A DNA stretch of 64,000 nt from Eledone cirrhosa (lineage: Eukaryota), in NCBI GenBank assembly GCA_964016885.1, contig OZ024741.1:103230001-103294000 (forward strand). Direction: 5' to 3'. Of this stretch, positions 1-11,503 are shown one piece after another (within the stretch, counting starts at the first letter, position 1; every line of letters starts with the position of its first letter). Both the position numbers and the translations under genes were made by a program. The notes under the pieces were generated by a model. That model was not told the DNA's origin. It made no database searches and saw nothing but the letters and a program-made list of their open reading frames with translations.

Positions 1-278
1 CCTCCACTCACTCCGCCGGGTCCAGTCTTCGCATGCAGGGGCAGGCATCCCCTATCTAACTCACCGGGGTGTTTCAGACTCGTCCGGCTACCCTCAACCT
101 GGTTCGGCTCGCCAGCCAAGGCGGTTTACCAGGGTGTGGCCGCTGTCGCATGCTACAGTTTCTTGGGGCCACATGTGAGAGCTGAGTGTCAGGTGGGACC
201 CAATGCAGGACGAGCTATCCTGAAAAGGGCATGGCTAGCCTCTCTACAGAGGTACATGCCCCTCCCTGACACCCCAGG
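1..278 (-). mobile_element. Probable 5' UTR of an RTE-clade LINE that continues off the left edge
   Basis: GC-rich island. The minus strand (CCTGACACTCAGCTCTCACATGTGGCCCC...GCATGCGACAGCGGCCACACCCTGG...GAGGGTAGCC) resembles RTE 5' UTRs as I recall them. There is no coding evidence in the window. Confidence 0.45.
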
Positions 279-344
279 CATATACACACGTATATACATA
301 CACATACATATGTACATGTGTATATACGTATTTACACATTTTTT

Positions 345-535
345 GGAAGGCCGTTGACCTCTATCAGTTCTTCCGCCCTTTGTCAGGTTTTGTTTTTTGT
401 CCTGCAGGGTGTCCAAAATCACCCTCCTCACCAAGTAAATTTAGTGGGGTTGCCAGTTTAGTTGCCGACGACCCGATCATGCGACAGGTTGTACTGGTTT
501 ACATGTTACCAGTAGCACTCAAGAGTGACCTGACA
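345..535 (-). mobile_element. 5' part of an RTE-derived non-autonomous (SINE-like) family
   Basis: Reverse complement of 25258-25450 and 60943-61135; same orientation as 60255-60397. Confidence 0.65.
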
Positions 536-538
536 CAT

Positions 539-582
539 CCGATGAATCCAGACATTCGTCGGGAAGAAACAATTGTCAGCAA
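539..582 (+). ncRNA. Hammerhead-like motif, U4C core, stem I 5' strand lost
   Basis: CCGATGA-a-TCC.agac.attc.gtc.GGGA-a-GAAA-CAATTG-TC-agcaa; same family as 11187 and 37598. Confidence 0.5.
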
Positions 583-756
583 TTAAACTAAGAAATGATT
601 GCTTTATATTTTGTATCTCGGCTCTGTAATACATTTGATACGTTACATTGAGCCTTTTCTCATACCGGTAATTGGTTAGTGCTTAGTATTACCCTCCATA
701 TTTATAATTATATATAAACCATATATAAGTATAAATATTATTATTATTATAATTAT

Positions 757-826
<70 letters not shown>

Positions 827-1019
827 GGGCCCAAAACAAAACGAAACGCAATATGCGGCAAGCGCTCAATGGACTAAAAGAAGACCAGAGCAATTAACAT
901 ACGTTATAAAGGCCAGATAAAATGAAAACAGTGGTCGTGAAGCCATCAGCCACCAGAGCCCAAAAAAACGAAGCAAGCTAAACTGGTTAACAAAAGAATA
1001 TATATATATATATATATAT

Positions 1020-1190
1020 CACTTTAAAAAGCTTCAAGCACTGGTATCGCTTGATATCTGACTTTTTTTGCGATGCATGGTATTGCTGGCATTGGCAAGT
1101 CCCTAGCTAGACTAAAAAACCACATCCGCGATACTGATGCTTAAGTATCAACCAATGGTATTACATCCAAAATTATGTCCCTTCAGTCAG
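1020..1190 (+). mobile_element. 3' part of the RTE-derived SINE-like family
   Basis: Similar to 61742-61910; carries a remnant of the RTE terminal zinc-finger codons (GKSLARLKNHIRD). Confidence 0.5.
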
Positions 1191-1321
1191 TGTGTGTGTG
1201 TGTGGGGGGGGGGGGGGTTGTGAGGTCAAGTGAGGTATCAGCTGTTTTGCAATGTACAGCTATAAATAGCGCCCGCATAATTGCAACCCGCATAATTGCA
1301 ACCCACCCTGCTGTCAGTGTT

Positions 1322-1357
<36 letters not shown>

Positions 1358-1579
1358 TTATTTATATGCCATTATGCCGTTGTTGTTGATATTGCCATCT
1401 CTATACAATGATGCCCCCACTGTCTCATTCCTTCTATCAAAGACATCTTTAACTAAACGACTCCTTAATTTGATATCTACACTTAACATTTCTTAAATAC
1501 ACGTTCATCACACATTCACACGCCCCATCCCTGATTATAACACTCATAGTAATGTGTCCAGTCATCATAATTGGTTGTA

Positions 1580-1742
1580 TTAGTAGAGCGTATGACGCTA
1601 TGCTTTGCAGCATAGAGTTACGGCTTTTTACAGTTTGAGTTCAAATCCCGCCGAGGTTAACTTTGTGTTTCATCCATACGGGGTCGTACCAGTAATGCAC
1701 TTGGATAATTTCTGGCGTTGTGCCAAAAGTAGAAACAATTAT
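1580..1742 (+). mobile_element. Octopus-type SINE (family 1)
   Basis: GAGTTCAAATCCCGCCGAGGTTAACTTTG...GTACCAGTAATGCAC...TTGTGCCAAAAGTAGAAACAATT; related copies at 6011-6124, 15216-15330, 57851-57928 and 58100-58425. Confidence 0.7.
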
Positions 1743-2589
1743 TTTGTTCCTTTACTGGTTTCAATAAAAACATAGCTTTTATTGACTACGACCATGCTGA
1801 AGCACATCCTTAAATGTATTTCGTTGATTAATTCGACCTCGATACTTATCGTTTTCAAGTCTGCTACTCAATATTTGTGCTTGGATACTTAACGATCTTA
1901 ACTAGCCCAACAATGTGCATCCCTTCACCCAGTTATCCACCCCATTCTTTAAAATCTTAACTTATAGTTTGGTAAGCTGACGAACATAGTTTTTGACACT
2001 TTTTGCTCTAACCAATCCAAGAAAATTTCTAAACCTGCATTTTGCATTACACTGTCCACACCTGTTCACACCAATTCATAACCACATCTGGCCCTCACCA
2101 CCACCTTTGATAATTCCACAACCCTGCTACGTTGCAAAGATGTTAGAGTCCACATGAAATTTTAAGAAAAATGCGCACGAGCAGTGACTATCTATCAGTT
2201 TTATTGATTATCGAAGCCAGGGAAGGGATATGCAGAGACGGAGGTTATTCGTAGATTAACTCTTAATATTCTGCAATGACTTAGCAGAAAATATATAAAT
2301 TAGGTTTGTTAATGTAAATGTCTATATTATCTTTACTAGTAGACAGGTCTTTGTGAAAATCTACAGCAAACCAAAGACTTTATTTTAAAATATAATGCTG
2401 TGATAATGCTGCTCTGTATTTTTCAAGAAGGTTTTGCTAATGCAATTTGTTAATTCAAATGGTTATAGTACCTTTTCTAGTGCTCGTGAAAATTTGCAGT
2501 ATTAGAGTAAAGATTTCAATTTTTAATGTGATGCTGTTTTGTCTTTTTCAAGAATTTCTTACTAATGCTGTTTCATGCGGTACATGTCG

Positions 2590-2965
2590 TTAACAGTTAA
2601 AGGGAGAAGTCCTACATTTTCTTGTGTGGCTACCTAACATTTGGGGAAATGTCATGGCGGTGAGACATAAGTGGTGAATGTGGAAGATGTGTGAAGGCAG
2701 GAGAGAAATGAATCAAGCATGCTCCATTGGGTTCGTCTTGGATGTGCTGAAAGAAAAAAAAATGATGTTCAGCTGAATCAGGATAATGAAAGAGAGAAGA
2801 TTGCGCTGGTACAGACAAGTAATGCGTATGCACGATGATCACTGAGTTGAAGAAGTGCCAGAAATTCCTAGTAACAGAAAGTCGTGGAAGAGGATGTCCA
2901 AGGACCATATGAACAGAGGGGTTGAAAACAGATCTCAAACTACAACTCACAAAAGTGATGACGAA
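2590..2965 (+). pseudogene. Decayed RTE-type LINE ORF 3' fragment
   Basis: Broken frames give KKCQKFLVTESRGRGCPRTI*TEGLKTDLK, matching the RTE C-terminal motif GxRxRGRPRxTWxExxKxDL. Confidence 0.5.
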
Positions 2966-3451
2966 AGCAGGTGTACTTATATGTGTCTACATGTGTATAT
3001 ATGTTTCTGTGTTTATTTGTGTACATATGTGTGTCTATTCGTGTATATACGTGTGCGTGTCTGATTGTGTTTATATATGTGTCTATTTGTCAACATGAGT
3101 GTATGTATGTTGTGTGATTAACGGGGGATTTGCGTCATCCCAAAATAAAATGTACCCAATTGACATAGCAACGGTTCCTTTTCTAGATAAGTCTTTGTGA
3201 CACCCGAAGCAATTAAGTGAGCGTGAGCCTGGAGTGGGTGGAAGCCGTGGATACAGGGATATAGGCCACACCCTATTCAGAGAAAAGGGATACATCTTCA
3301 CCCTCCTCCCATTCTCTCGCTTTTTACTCTCTCCCCTCGTTCTTCGTCTTTCCTACTGCCACTCGTATATTGACACTCATTTTTTTAGATTATTCTCCTT
3401 TCATTTATCATCTATCTTTTCAAAAACACACAAACATACGCACAGATATAA

Positions 3452-3635
<184 letters not shown>

Positions 3636-3639
<4 letters not shown>

Positions 3640-3718
3640 AAAATGTATGACCCCGACGGCAGAGCTCACGCCGTCGAAACGGCTTGAGCTCTGCCGTCGG
3701 GGTCATACATTTTCCTAT
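3636..3718. repeat. Near-perfect fold-back palindrome of a PLE 3' tip (half hammerhead)
   Basis: TAGGAAAATGTATGACCCCGACGGCAGAGCTCA and TGAGCTCTGCCGTCGGGGTCATACATTTTCCTA are exact reverse complements; same sequence as 3875-3920 and 5637-5684. Confidence 0.9.
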
Positions 3719-3742
3719 TACCCACTCTACTACCCTAAGTAT

Positions 3743-3798
<56 letters not shown>

Positions 3799-3875
3799 CA
3801 AAGGAATTGTGGTAAGGAACCAGATGGACCATAACGCACCAGAGTACTCAATACTTAGGGTAGTAGAGTGGAAAT

Positions 3876-3991
3876 AGGAAAAAGTATGACCCCGACGGCA
3901 GAGCTCAAGCCGTTTCGACGGCTATTTCTGGACTAAATTAGAATTTTAGCCTGGTGAATAAATAGCCGAACTTGTCAAAGGGGTACTTCCT
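3876..3991 (-). ncRNA. Type I hammerhead ribozyme, U3-A8 variant core
   Basis: Reverse-complement twin of 5565-5682. Confidence 0.7.
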
Positions 3992-5564
3992 TATATGGGA
4001 AGATTGTAGTTGTCAAGAGTATTGGTTAAAATTTGTTGTAACACAAATAAGTCTATCATGGAATTTGGTGGGAGGTAGGGGTGGCTGAACTTGCCTGTAG
4101 AACAATAGGGGTGTAAGTGGAGTGGTCAAGCGTTGAAAGTGATATGTATACAGCAGATTCTAAGGATAGTGTATGAAGTGGAGGAGGGAGGTTATAGAAT
4201 AGGTAAATCGAATGAGAGTAGGAGACAATAAAAGATAATAGAAAGAAATAAAAAAATATATAGTGAGAAATGAATAAAAAAAAATCACAATGCTATCTTA
4301 CAATGACAGGTTAATAAGTTGAGAATAGAAAAAAATTGTAGAAATTGAGTAGTACCAGAACTGATTCAAAATTAAAGGGGTTTAACACGTCTGCTATAAG
4401 TAGTTAGTAAAACGTATTCGGCCAATTCTATCTTAAAATTACAGGGGTGGGGGAACTGATGCTACAGAAGCCCGATTGGCTGCATCGGGGTAGGCGAAAG
4501 GGGAAAAGCAGACGAGGAAGAAAATAGGGGGTGGAAGGAAGTGATAGGATGAGACAGGGGGAAGAAGAAGACAAAGAGGAAAAGAAAAGAGATACATCTA
4601 CCTAAGTAAGCTGGGGTTTCCTCTAACTTATTCGGCAAGTGTGTGTGTGTGGAGGGGGAGGGGAGGTGGGGGGGGGATCAGCCGTTGCCTACCCACCCGG
4701 GTCGTTATGGGGTTTGAGGGCGAGTTAAGTCCTACGCAATTTGTGTTTGCATGCGGTTACCAGTTCGTCTTTCTTGTTTAGGAGTTGGTCCTTCGATAAC
4801 AACATTTGTAATGTTTCCTCCGAGCATAAGTTACACGGACGGCGTCCTCCCGTGTAAGAGTTAGCTCTGGACAGTAAGCTCCAAGTGAGATGCACCCCCC
4901 CCCCCACACACACACACTTGCCGAATAAGTTAGGGGAAACCCCAACTTACTTAGGTAGATGTATCTCTTTTCTTTTCTTTTCCTTACTGTCTTCTTCTTC
5001 CCCTGTCTCATCCTATCACTTCCTTCCACCCCCTACTTTCTTCCTCGTCTGCTTTTCCCCTTTCGCCTACCCCGATGCAGCCCATCGGGCCTCTGTAGCA
5101 TCAGTTCCCCCACCCCTGTAATTTTAAGATAGAATTGGCCGAATACGTTTTACTAACTACTTATAGCAGACGTGTTAAACTCCTTTAATGTTGTATCAGT
5201 TCTGGTACTACTCAATTTCTACAAGTTTTTTCTATTCTCAACTTATTAACCTGTAATTGTAAGATAGCATTGTGAGTTTTTTTATTCATTTCTCACTATA
5301 TATTTTTTTATTTTTTTCTATTATCTTTTATTGTCTCCTACTCTCATTCGATTTACCTATTCTATAACCTCCCTCCACTTCATACACTATCCTTAGAATC
5401 TGTTGTATACATATCACTTTCAACGCTTGACCACTCCACTCACACCCCTATTGTTCTACAGGCAAGTTCAGCCACCCCTACCTCCCACCAAATGCCATGA
5501 TAGACTTATTTGTGTTTACAACAAATTTTAACCAATCCTCTTGACAACTACAATCTTCCCATAT

Positions 5565-5679
5565 AAGGAAGTACCCCCTTGACAAGTTCGGCTATTTATT
5601 CACCAGGCTATAAATTCTAATTTAGTCTAGAAATAGCCGTCGAAACGGCTTGAGCTCTGCCGTCGGGGTCATACTTTTT

Positions 5680-5682
<3 letters not shown>
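5565..5682 (+). ncRNA. Type I hammerhead ribozyme, U3-A8 variant core
   Basis: Stem I AGGAAGTAC-CCCC / GGGG-TCA-TACTT..TCCT; core TTGACAA (5579-5585); stem II G-tt-CGGCTATTT...AAATAGCCG-t-C; GAAA; stem III CGGC-ttgagctct-GCCG; GUC site, predicted cut after 5664. Confidence 0.72.
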
Positions 5683-5734
<52 letters not shown>

Positions 5735-5956
5735 GGGTATAAGTATCGTAGGAGAGGAGGAAATAGAGAGATACAGAGAAGTGCGATACAAATTATTAAA
5801 TGCCAATAGCCGAAGCGGAGTTTGATCAATGCTTGGGTTAGCAGAGTTAAATATTAGAGAAGATTTAATATTTAGTAGATTGTTCAAGCAGAGCAGGAAT
5901 AAGCAAATGAATGAATGAAGGAGTTACAAGCCGTTAAAACAAGTTCTTTATATAAA

Positions 5957-5994
5957 TCTTACATAATGTTTCGCCCACACGGGCTCCTCAGAGA
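5957..5994 (-). ncRNA. Minimal type I hammerhead, canonical core
   Basis: TCT-CTGAGGA-GCCC.gtgt.GGGC-GAAA-CATTATG-TA-AGA. Confidence 0.8.
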
Positions 5995-6010
5995 AATAAT
6001 TGTTTATATA

Positions 6011-6124
6011 ATTGTTTCTACTATTGGCACAAGGCCAGCAATTACCCAGTACATTACTGGTACTTTATTTTATCGACCCCGTAAGGATGAAAGGGAAAGT
6101 TAACCTCGGTGGGATTTGAACTCA
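6011..6124 (-). mobile_element. Octopus-type SINE family 1 fragment inserted in the PLE arm
   Basis: Nearly identical to 15216-15330 and absent from the inverted twin arm at about 8655. Confidence 0.8.
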
Positions 6125-6469
6125 ATGTCATCAATAAGTATTAATACCGTTGAGAATCTTTCCATTAGATTAACGTCTCCTTGCATGGTAGGCGAAAAAA
6201 TAATAATGGCGTCGGTGAAAGGGGCATAATCCACAAAGGGAAGCAATTGTACGGTGTAAGGCAGGAAAGTATCCTAATATATTTAGTATATCCCAGCTAA
6301 AGGGATGGTTTAGCAGGGTGAGCTTAACTCAGTAGGTGATGGGCAGTGCTTAGGTAAAAATCAGGTGGATGGTTAATAACGTCATTAAACACTGTACTTA
6401 GGCCTAATTATTGCATAGGACTAAATGGTGGTGTGATGTAGATAGCTGTGGGGATAGGATGTTATTACT

Positions 6470-8630
6470 GTTCTAGAGACCAATTGTAGAACGAGTGTTG
6501 TAGTCTGAGGTTGCAATTTACGACCGTTTCAGCTCGACTATTAATAGTTCTTGGGGTGAGTTTACTATATAATATGTTTCCATTAAGCACAGCTGGCAAT
6601 TTTTCCTAAAGTTATAAGGCATTGCTTGATCTACTATTCCCCACTGTGTGGTGTAGCTAATGTTAGATTCAGTTAATAGTGTAACATAATTAGCAAGGGA
6701 GGTAGAGAACCTGAGTTTCTTATTTCTAAAGGAGTGGGGATACAATCTAAATCTAGTCTTGAACTCATTAGAAGTGGCGCCTATGTAAGACCTAGTGCCA
6801 TTTTTACTCGTCACGGTGCATTTGTAGATTACATTTCTAATCAAGCAGTGGACCTTGAGCGGACAGTTGTTTGGGTTTCGGCAATTGCAATGCTTTTTGT
6901 TGTTATTTCTAATGTGGTGATGTCCGCTGCTATCATTACTACTATCATTACCACTATCACCGTTGTCGTCATTATTGCCGTTGGCATTATTACAGATATA
7001 GTTTTGCGACATGGTGTTATTCCTGCCTGTTGTTCCTATTATGGCTCCCTCTATTGCTGTTGTTATCGCTGCTATGGTTCCTATCCTGGTCACTAGTTCC
7101 ACTATTAATGTTGTGGCTAGTTTCTATAATGTTGATATTGTTGATGTTATTGCTATTACTTCCATTATTAGCCCGGTTACTATTATTGCTAATATGGCTA
7201 TCGGTATTATGGTTATTAAGGTTGCCAAGTCTTCTAATCATGGCATTACAAGATGGTTTGATTCTAGTGAGATTCCTGTGGTTACTAAGGGCTATAAGAT
7301 CGGCTAAGTTAGGTGTAGTAGAGTAAGAGATTTTAACATTATTCTTGTTAAGGATCTTATGGTATCTATGGTTAGGTGGGAAGTTTTTCTCTAAAGCGTC
7401 GAAGAAGATTCTAGGTAAGTTTGAGGCTACACTCTTAGAGTAGGGGGAAGGAACCATATGACATTACCCCGGCGTTTCTGTGTTGCCGTTAGGCCGGTGT
7501 GGTCGTGTTTGCCCTGGTGGGTGTTTCTACTGCGGCAGTTGGACTGCTGCCTGCTGCGCACACCGTTCTTATTAGTCCTATGTGTTAACCTACCCCCTGA
7601 GGGGCCGACCTGAGTTACTCTATGTTTGTTGGTAGGTGTTGGTAAAATGCCGTCTCCATTGTTATGCTTGTATGCGGGAAATTTTTCTAGTAAGTTATTT
7701 CTAGTTACATTGTCTGAATTAGATTGGCACCGGTTCAGGGATCTACCTGGCCTATTACCATTGCTGTTGTGATATTGCACTAGGCCGGTCGCAATGTTGG
7801 TTCCACTCCCATATTTCTTATTAACAAGTTCGCTGCCACAGTGGTTATTGGTGCGCTTCGTCATTATACTAGTCCTATGGGAGGGGAACCTAGTAGAACT
7901 AGTGTCCTGGATGTAGGAAATCCTATTGTTATACGCCGATTCGGCCAGTGCTTTGTTGTAGTACTCAGCAGTTTGGTCGAAAAGGTCCTCGTTGGTCAAT
8001 AGTCTCGAGATTATGTGCGAGATGCTACTAACTATAGAGTTAAGTGTAGAGTTGGGGTGGTTAGATGATTTGTTAATGTAAGATAGGACCTCACCTGGCT
8101 TGTAGTACGGTCTGTACAGGCCAGTATCTAACTCCAATGTTACATCTAGGAAGTTAACTACCTTACGGTTAGGGTCTATTGTAATTGAGAGGCCGTACGT
8201 TTTGAAGAATTTATGGATATGCTTATTGAGGTTTTCTATTCTACGGAGGTTGTAATTCCTTACAGTAAATAGGGCGTCGTCCCTATATACACCTCCTTCT
8301 AGTGCGGGGATCTCTTCCCTGAGCTTATGCAGGAGGTATATTCCAACCAGGTCGGTTACCTGTGCAGAGTCACTCGACCCCATCGAGATATCGAAATTAT
8401 CAGGACGTTTGGCTTGGGTCCAGTATGATCCTTCGAAGTGTATGATGGTTCGTCTAGCTGCTAGTACTATGTCTATTTCTTTTTAGTTAAACTAGTATTG
8501 GACCTAGCTAAGATGAGGGCTTTGTTTAGTAGTATAGGGGAGATAGAGGCGTAGTAATTATCTATGTCGAATTGAATAAATTTTAATGAATCCTTATCTC
8601 GTATATTTGTGAACCATTTGATGACCTGGT
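6470..8630 (-). pseudogene. PLE RT + GIY-YIG ORF, frameshifted
   Basis: QFDIDNYY (motif A), MGSSDSAQVTDLVG (B'), GVYRDD (C), VNFLDVTL, SNHP, then CNCRNPNNCPL and VIYKC..SYIGAT..FKTRF..CQLC; split over ORFs 8473-8655, 7427-8383, 7017-7457 and 6518-7102. Confidence 0.92.
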
Positions 8631-8671
8631 CGGTATTTATACTTATTGATGACATTATATAAACAATTATT

Positions 8672-8709
8672 TCTCAGAGGAGCCCGTGTGGGCGAAACAT
8701 TATGTAAGA
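8672..8709 (+). ncRNA. Hammerhead copy with U4A mutation (probably inactive)
   Basis: Identical to 5957-5994 except that the core reads CAGAGGA. Confidence 0.65.
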
Positions 8710-8762
8710 TTTATATAAAGAACTTGTTTTAACGGCTTGTAACTCCTTCGTTCATTCATTTG

Positions 8763-8889
<127 letters not shown>

Positions 8890-9021
8890 TACATAGGTCA
8901 TAGTTCGTTGCACTATAGCACACCAACGCGCTTTATAATTATGTATGTATGTATTTGAAGATTTTAACGTAAGCCTAAGCTAGATACAACTAGCAATTAA
9001 GCCTAATTTTAATTTCTTGAA

Positions 9022-9135
9022 GTTGCGTAGCTTAGTGGTTAGAGAACTGGATTCGCAATCGTGGGGTTGCAAGTTCGATTCCCAGATCGGGCGGTGCCTT
9101 ATGCTCTTGAGCAAGACACTTTATGTTACGTTGCT
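9022..9135 (+). mobile_element. tRNA-derived SINE head
   Basis: A box TAGCTTAGTGG and B box AGTTCGATTCC, followed by CTTGAGCAAGACACTTTA instead of an acceptor stem. Confidence 0.65.
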
Positions 9136-9499
9136 ATTTCTGCCAGGAAATGCGACCAGTAGATAGTATCAGCAATGGTCCAATTTGCTGAGTTCCACCC
9201 AACTCGGTAAGTAATTGATGTTTGGAATCTTGTTGATCGATTCCTCAAGTTCTTGTGTTGAATTGTGAATTTTAACGTGTAATGGGCAGTGTACTCTGGA
9301 TTGGTTTAGTTATTTACTACTAGTTATGAATTTAATCATATATTCTTAATTGTTTTCTTTACTAGGTTTGTAGAAGGATTGTTATGTTTACATTGTAACA
9401 GCAGCAAGAAAACGGGCGTGATCAAGCTCAAACTTCGATCACGTGACCACAATAGTACCAACTATAAGCACGCATGGTCAGCCAAGACACTCTCATGGA

Positions 9500-9615
9500 T
9501 TGTGACCAAATGAGGTTTATTTTTCAACATAGTCCCCTTTGCAGTTCATACATTTCTTCCATCGGTGTTGCAGTGCTTGAATCCCATTGATGAAGAAGCT
9601 TTCATCTTGTTGGTC
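9500..9615 (-). mobile_element. Mariner transposase C-terminal remnant
   Basis: The minus strand reads NGIQALQHRWKKYVNCKGDYVEK*, the typical mariner end (GIxxLxxRWxKCxxxxGDYVE). Confidence 0.75.
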
Positions 9616-10399
9616 CAAACCATAACCTCCTTAATAAAAAATCAGAAGTGTTCGCGTCTTGCCAGCACCGCTTCCGACACTCCTTCCCAAACTTTAAACC
9701 CAATATATAACAATGTCAGACTTGAACCCGTCACCACCTCTAACAACAAACCTCAAGGGCACACCTTACACCACATCTTCACACTCATTGATCCACTTTA
9801 ACGCAAATAATGACACCCTCCTAGTACCTTTTACCCTAGAGATATCCCCATGTACATCTACTTTTGGTATATTTGCCTTCAATTACTTAGACTACATTAC
9901 ACCACTATATAATTAATGTAAACTTTAAGCACGGAATTGGTTGTGCTAATGTTGTTCTGTGTATGGAGTGCCATCATTAGATAAATGGAAGATTAATTAA
10001 TTTATTAACATAAAAGAGCTATATAACCTATATGCTGAGTGCAATGAATTATGTACAAGTGATGTATGAGTTATACATACATGTATGACTTGATGGTCAG
10101 ATTAGTGTCATTGTAAGTGAGAATTGATCTCTGGTCTACCCTAGTGATATTTAACTTTGCCATGCAATCAGACATGCACTGACCCAGAGCTTACCAGGAG
10201 TTATATATAGAAGTGATTCTAATAAAACCCTGCCAGGTTCTGCGGGTAGACTACACTTACAAAGATCACTGATTTGGTGATCTGACTCTTCATGTAGAAT
10301 ATTCAGTTGTGGAACTCTATGATAGAAAGTAATCATCCTAATATGAACTCCTTTAGTACTTCTGGATAGACTACACTGTAATTTATAGATAAGATACTT

Positions 10400-11280
10400 A
10401 AATTTAGAAACTGTTTATAACCTTATATGATAGGGACTCATTTGAGACACCATTTAATGTACATTAGGATAATAAATTTAGTTATAGAAATCAGCTAGTT
10501 ACCACCCCTTACGCATTAACTCCCCTTAATCACACACACACTTCCGGAAAATAATACGATGTCAATTTTCGCAACAAAAACAACCTGCTCTATAGAATTG
10601 ATTTAGAGAACAACAAGCTGTAGTGTTATAACATGGTTCACCAAACATCCAATGTTGAATCATCGTGGATTGTGTAAGGGACATATAATCTATAAATTGC
10701 ATTTCCTGGATTGTGAAAATGGTGGTGTATGCGAGGACCGTGGCGTTGTTTTGCTTCTCGCTTTTAATACTTTTAATATTTTTGACATTTCTCTACACAC
10801 AGGCTTCTATATCATACATATATATATAAAAAATACTTTACCAATACAACCCCCATAATACTCTTGATTGCCCGCTTAAATTGCTTGTATTACATGTAAC
10901 ACCCTGCCACACTATAATCTTATATAATAAGACACACGTGCATGCCCCACGTGTAACTATTGCATACACTAACTACTTCAAACTATCCTCTTGCTTTATC
11001 TTTGTAAACTGCCAATGTTGTATTTTAACTTTAATTTTGTCCTTTAATATGACTTTAATCTTTGTATGTAAATTGCCATGCTATATTATTATAATGGATG
11101 TCAACCCACTGGGCATCAATATATACATATGTTTCTATATGTCTCTTGTGGAAAGGAGGTCAAGTATGTAAAAAATCATTGAAATATTGCTCCGAAGAAT
11201 CCAAACCTCCGTTTGGAAGAAACAATTGTAAGCAAATAAATGATTTAAACAGAACTTTGATTCATGTATTTTCTATATAA
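10400..11280 (+). mobile_element. Non-coding dispersed repeat ending in an HHR (PLE 3' end or non-autonomous derivative)
   Basis: Colinear with about 36850-37690 (shared GCTAGTTACC.CCCCTTACGCATTA.CTCCCCTTAAT block, HHR and AATAAA). Confidence 0.65.
11187..11235 (+). ncRNA. Minimal hammerhead, U4C core
   Basis: TTGCT-CCGAAGA-a-TCCAAAC.ctcc.GTTTGGA-a-GAAA-CAATTG-TA-AGCAA. Confidence 0.68.
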
Positions 11281-11434
11281 CTGCTCTGTAGAACTACTGA
11301 TGTTGTTACATTGAGCTATTTATCTCACTAGTAATAAGGTAGTAATAAATTACTGTCTTTCACTATTTAGGGTTTGAAATATATATAACTATAAAAGGTT
11401 TTAGTATATACATAACCATAAATAGTATCCTTAA

Positions 11435-11500
<66 letters not shown>

Positions 11501-11503
<3 letters not shown>

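Larger units (their letters stand above)
3848..5684 (-). mobile_element. Severely 5'-truncated Hydra-like PLE with about 780 bp inverted arms
   Basis: About 3875-4655 is the reverse complement of about 4895-5684. The central 4725-4890 (-) encodes HLTWSLLSRANSYTGGRRPCNLCSEETLQMLLSKDQLLNKKDELVTACKHK, the same GIY-YIG C-terminus as the longer PLEs here. Confidence 0.85.

Noticed and set aside
676-861. Many ORFs of YIYI, CVCV, SLSL, MYVC and FFIFYFL type across the track
   Set aside because: They are translations of microsatellites, not genes.
5915-5945. Twister-like GTTACAAGCCG motif
   Set aside because: It is antisense to the element, and the required P1 and pseudoknot pairings were not found.
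9022-9095. tRNA gene
   Set aside because: A and B boxes are present but the acceptor stem does not close, and a SINE body follows.
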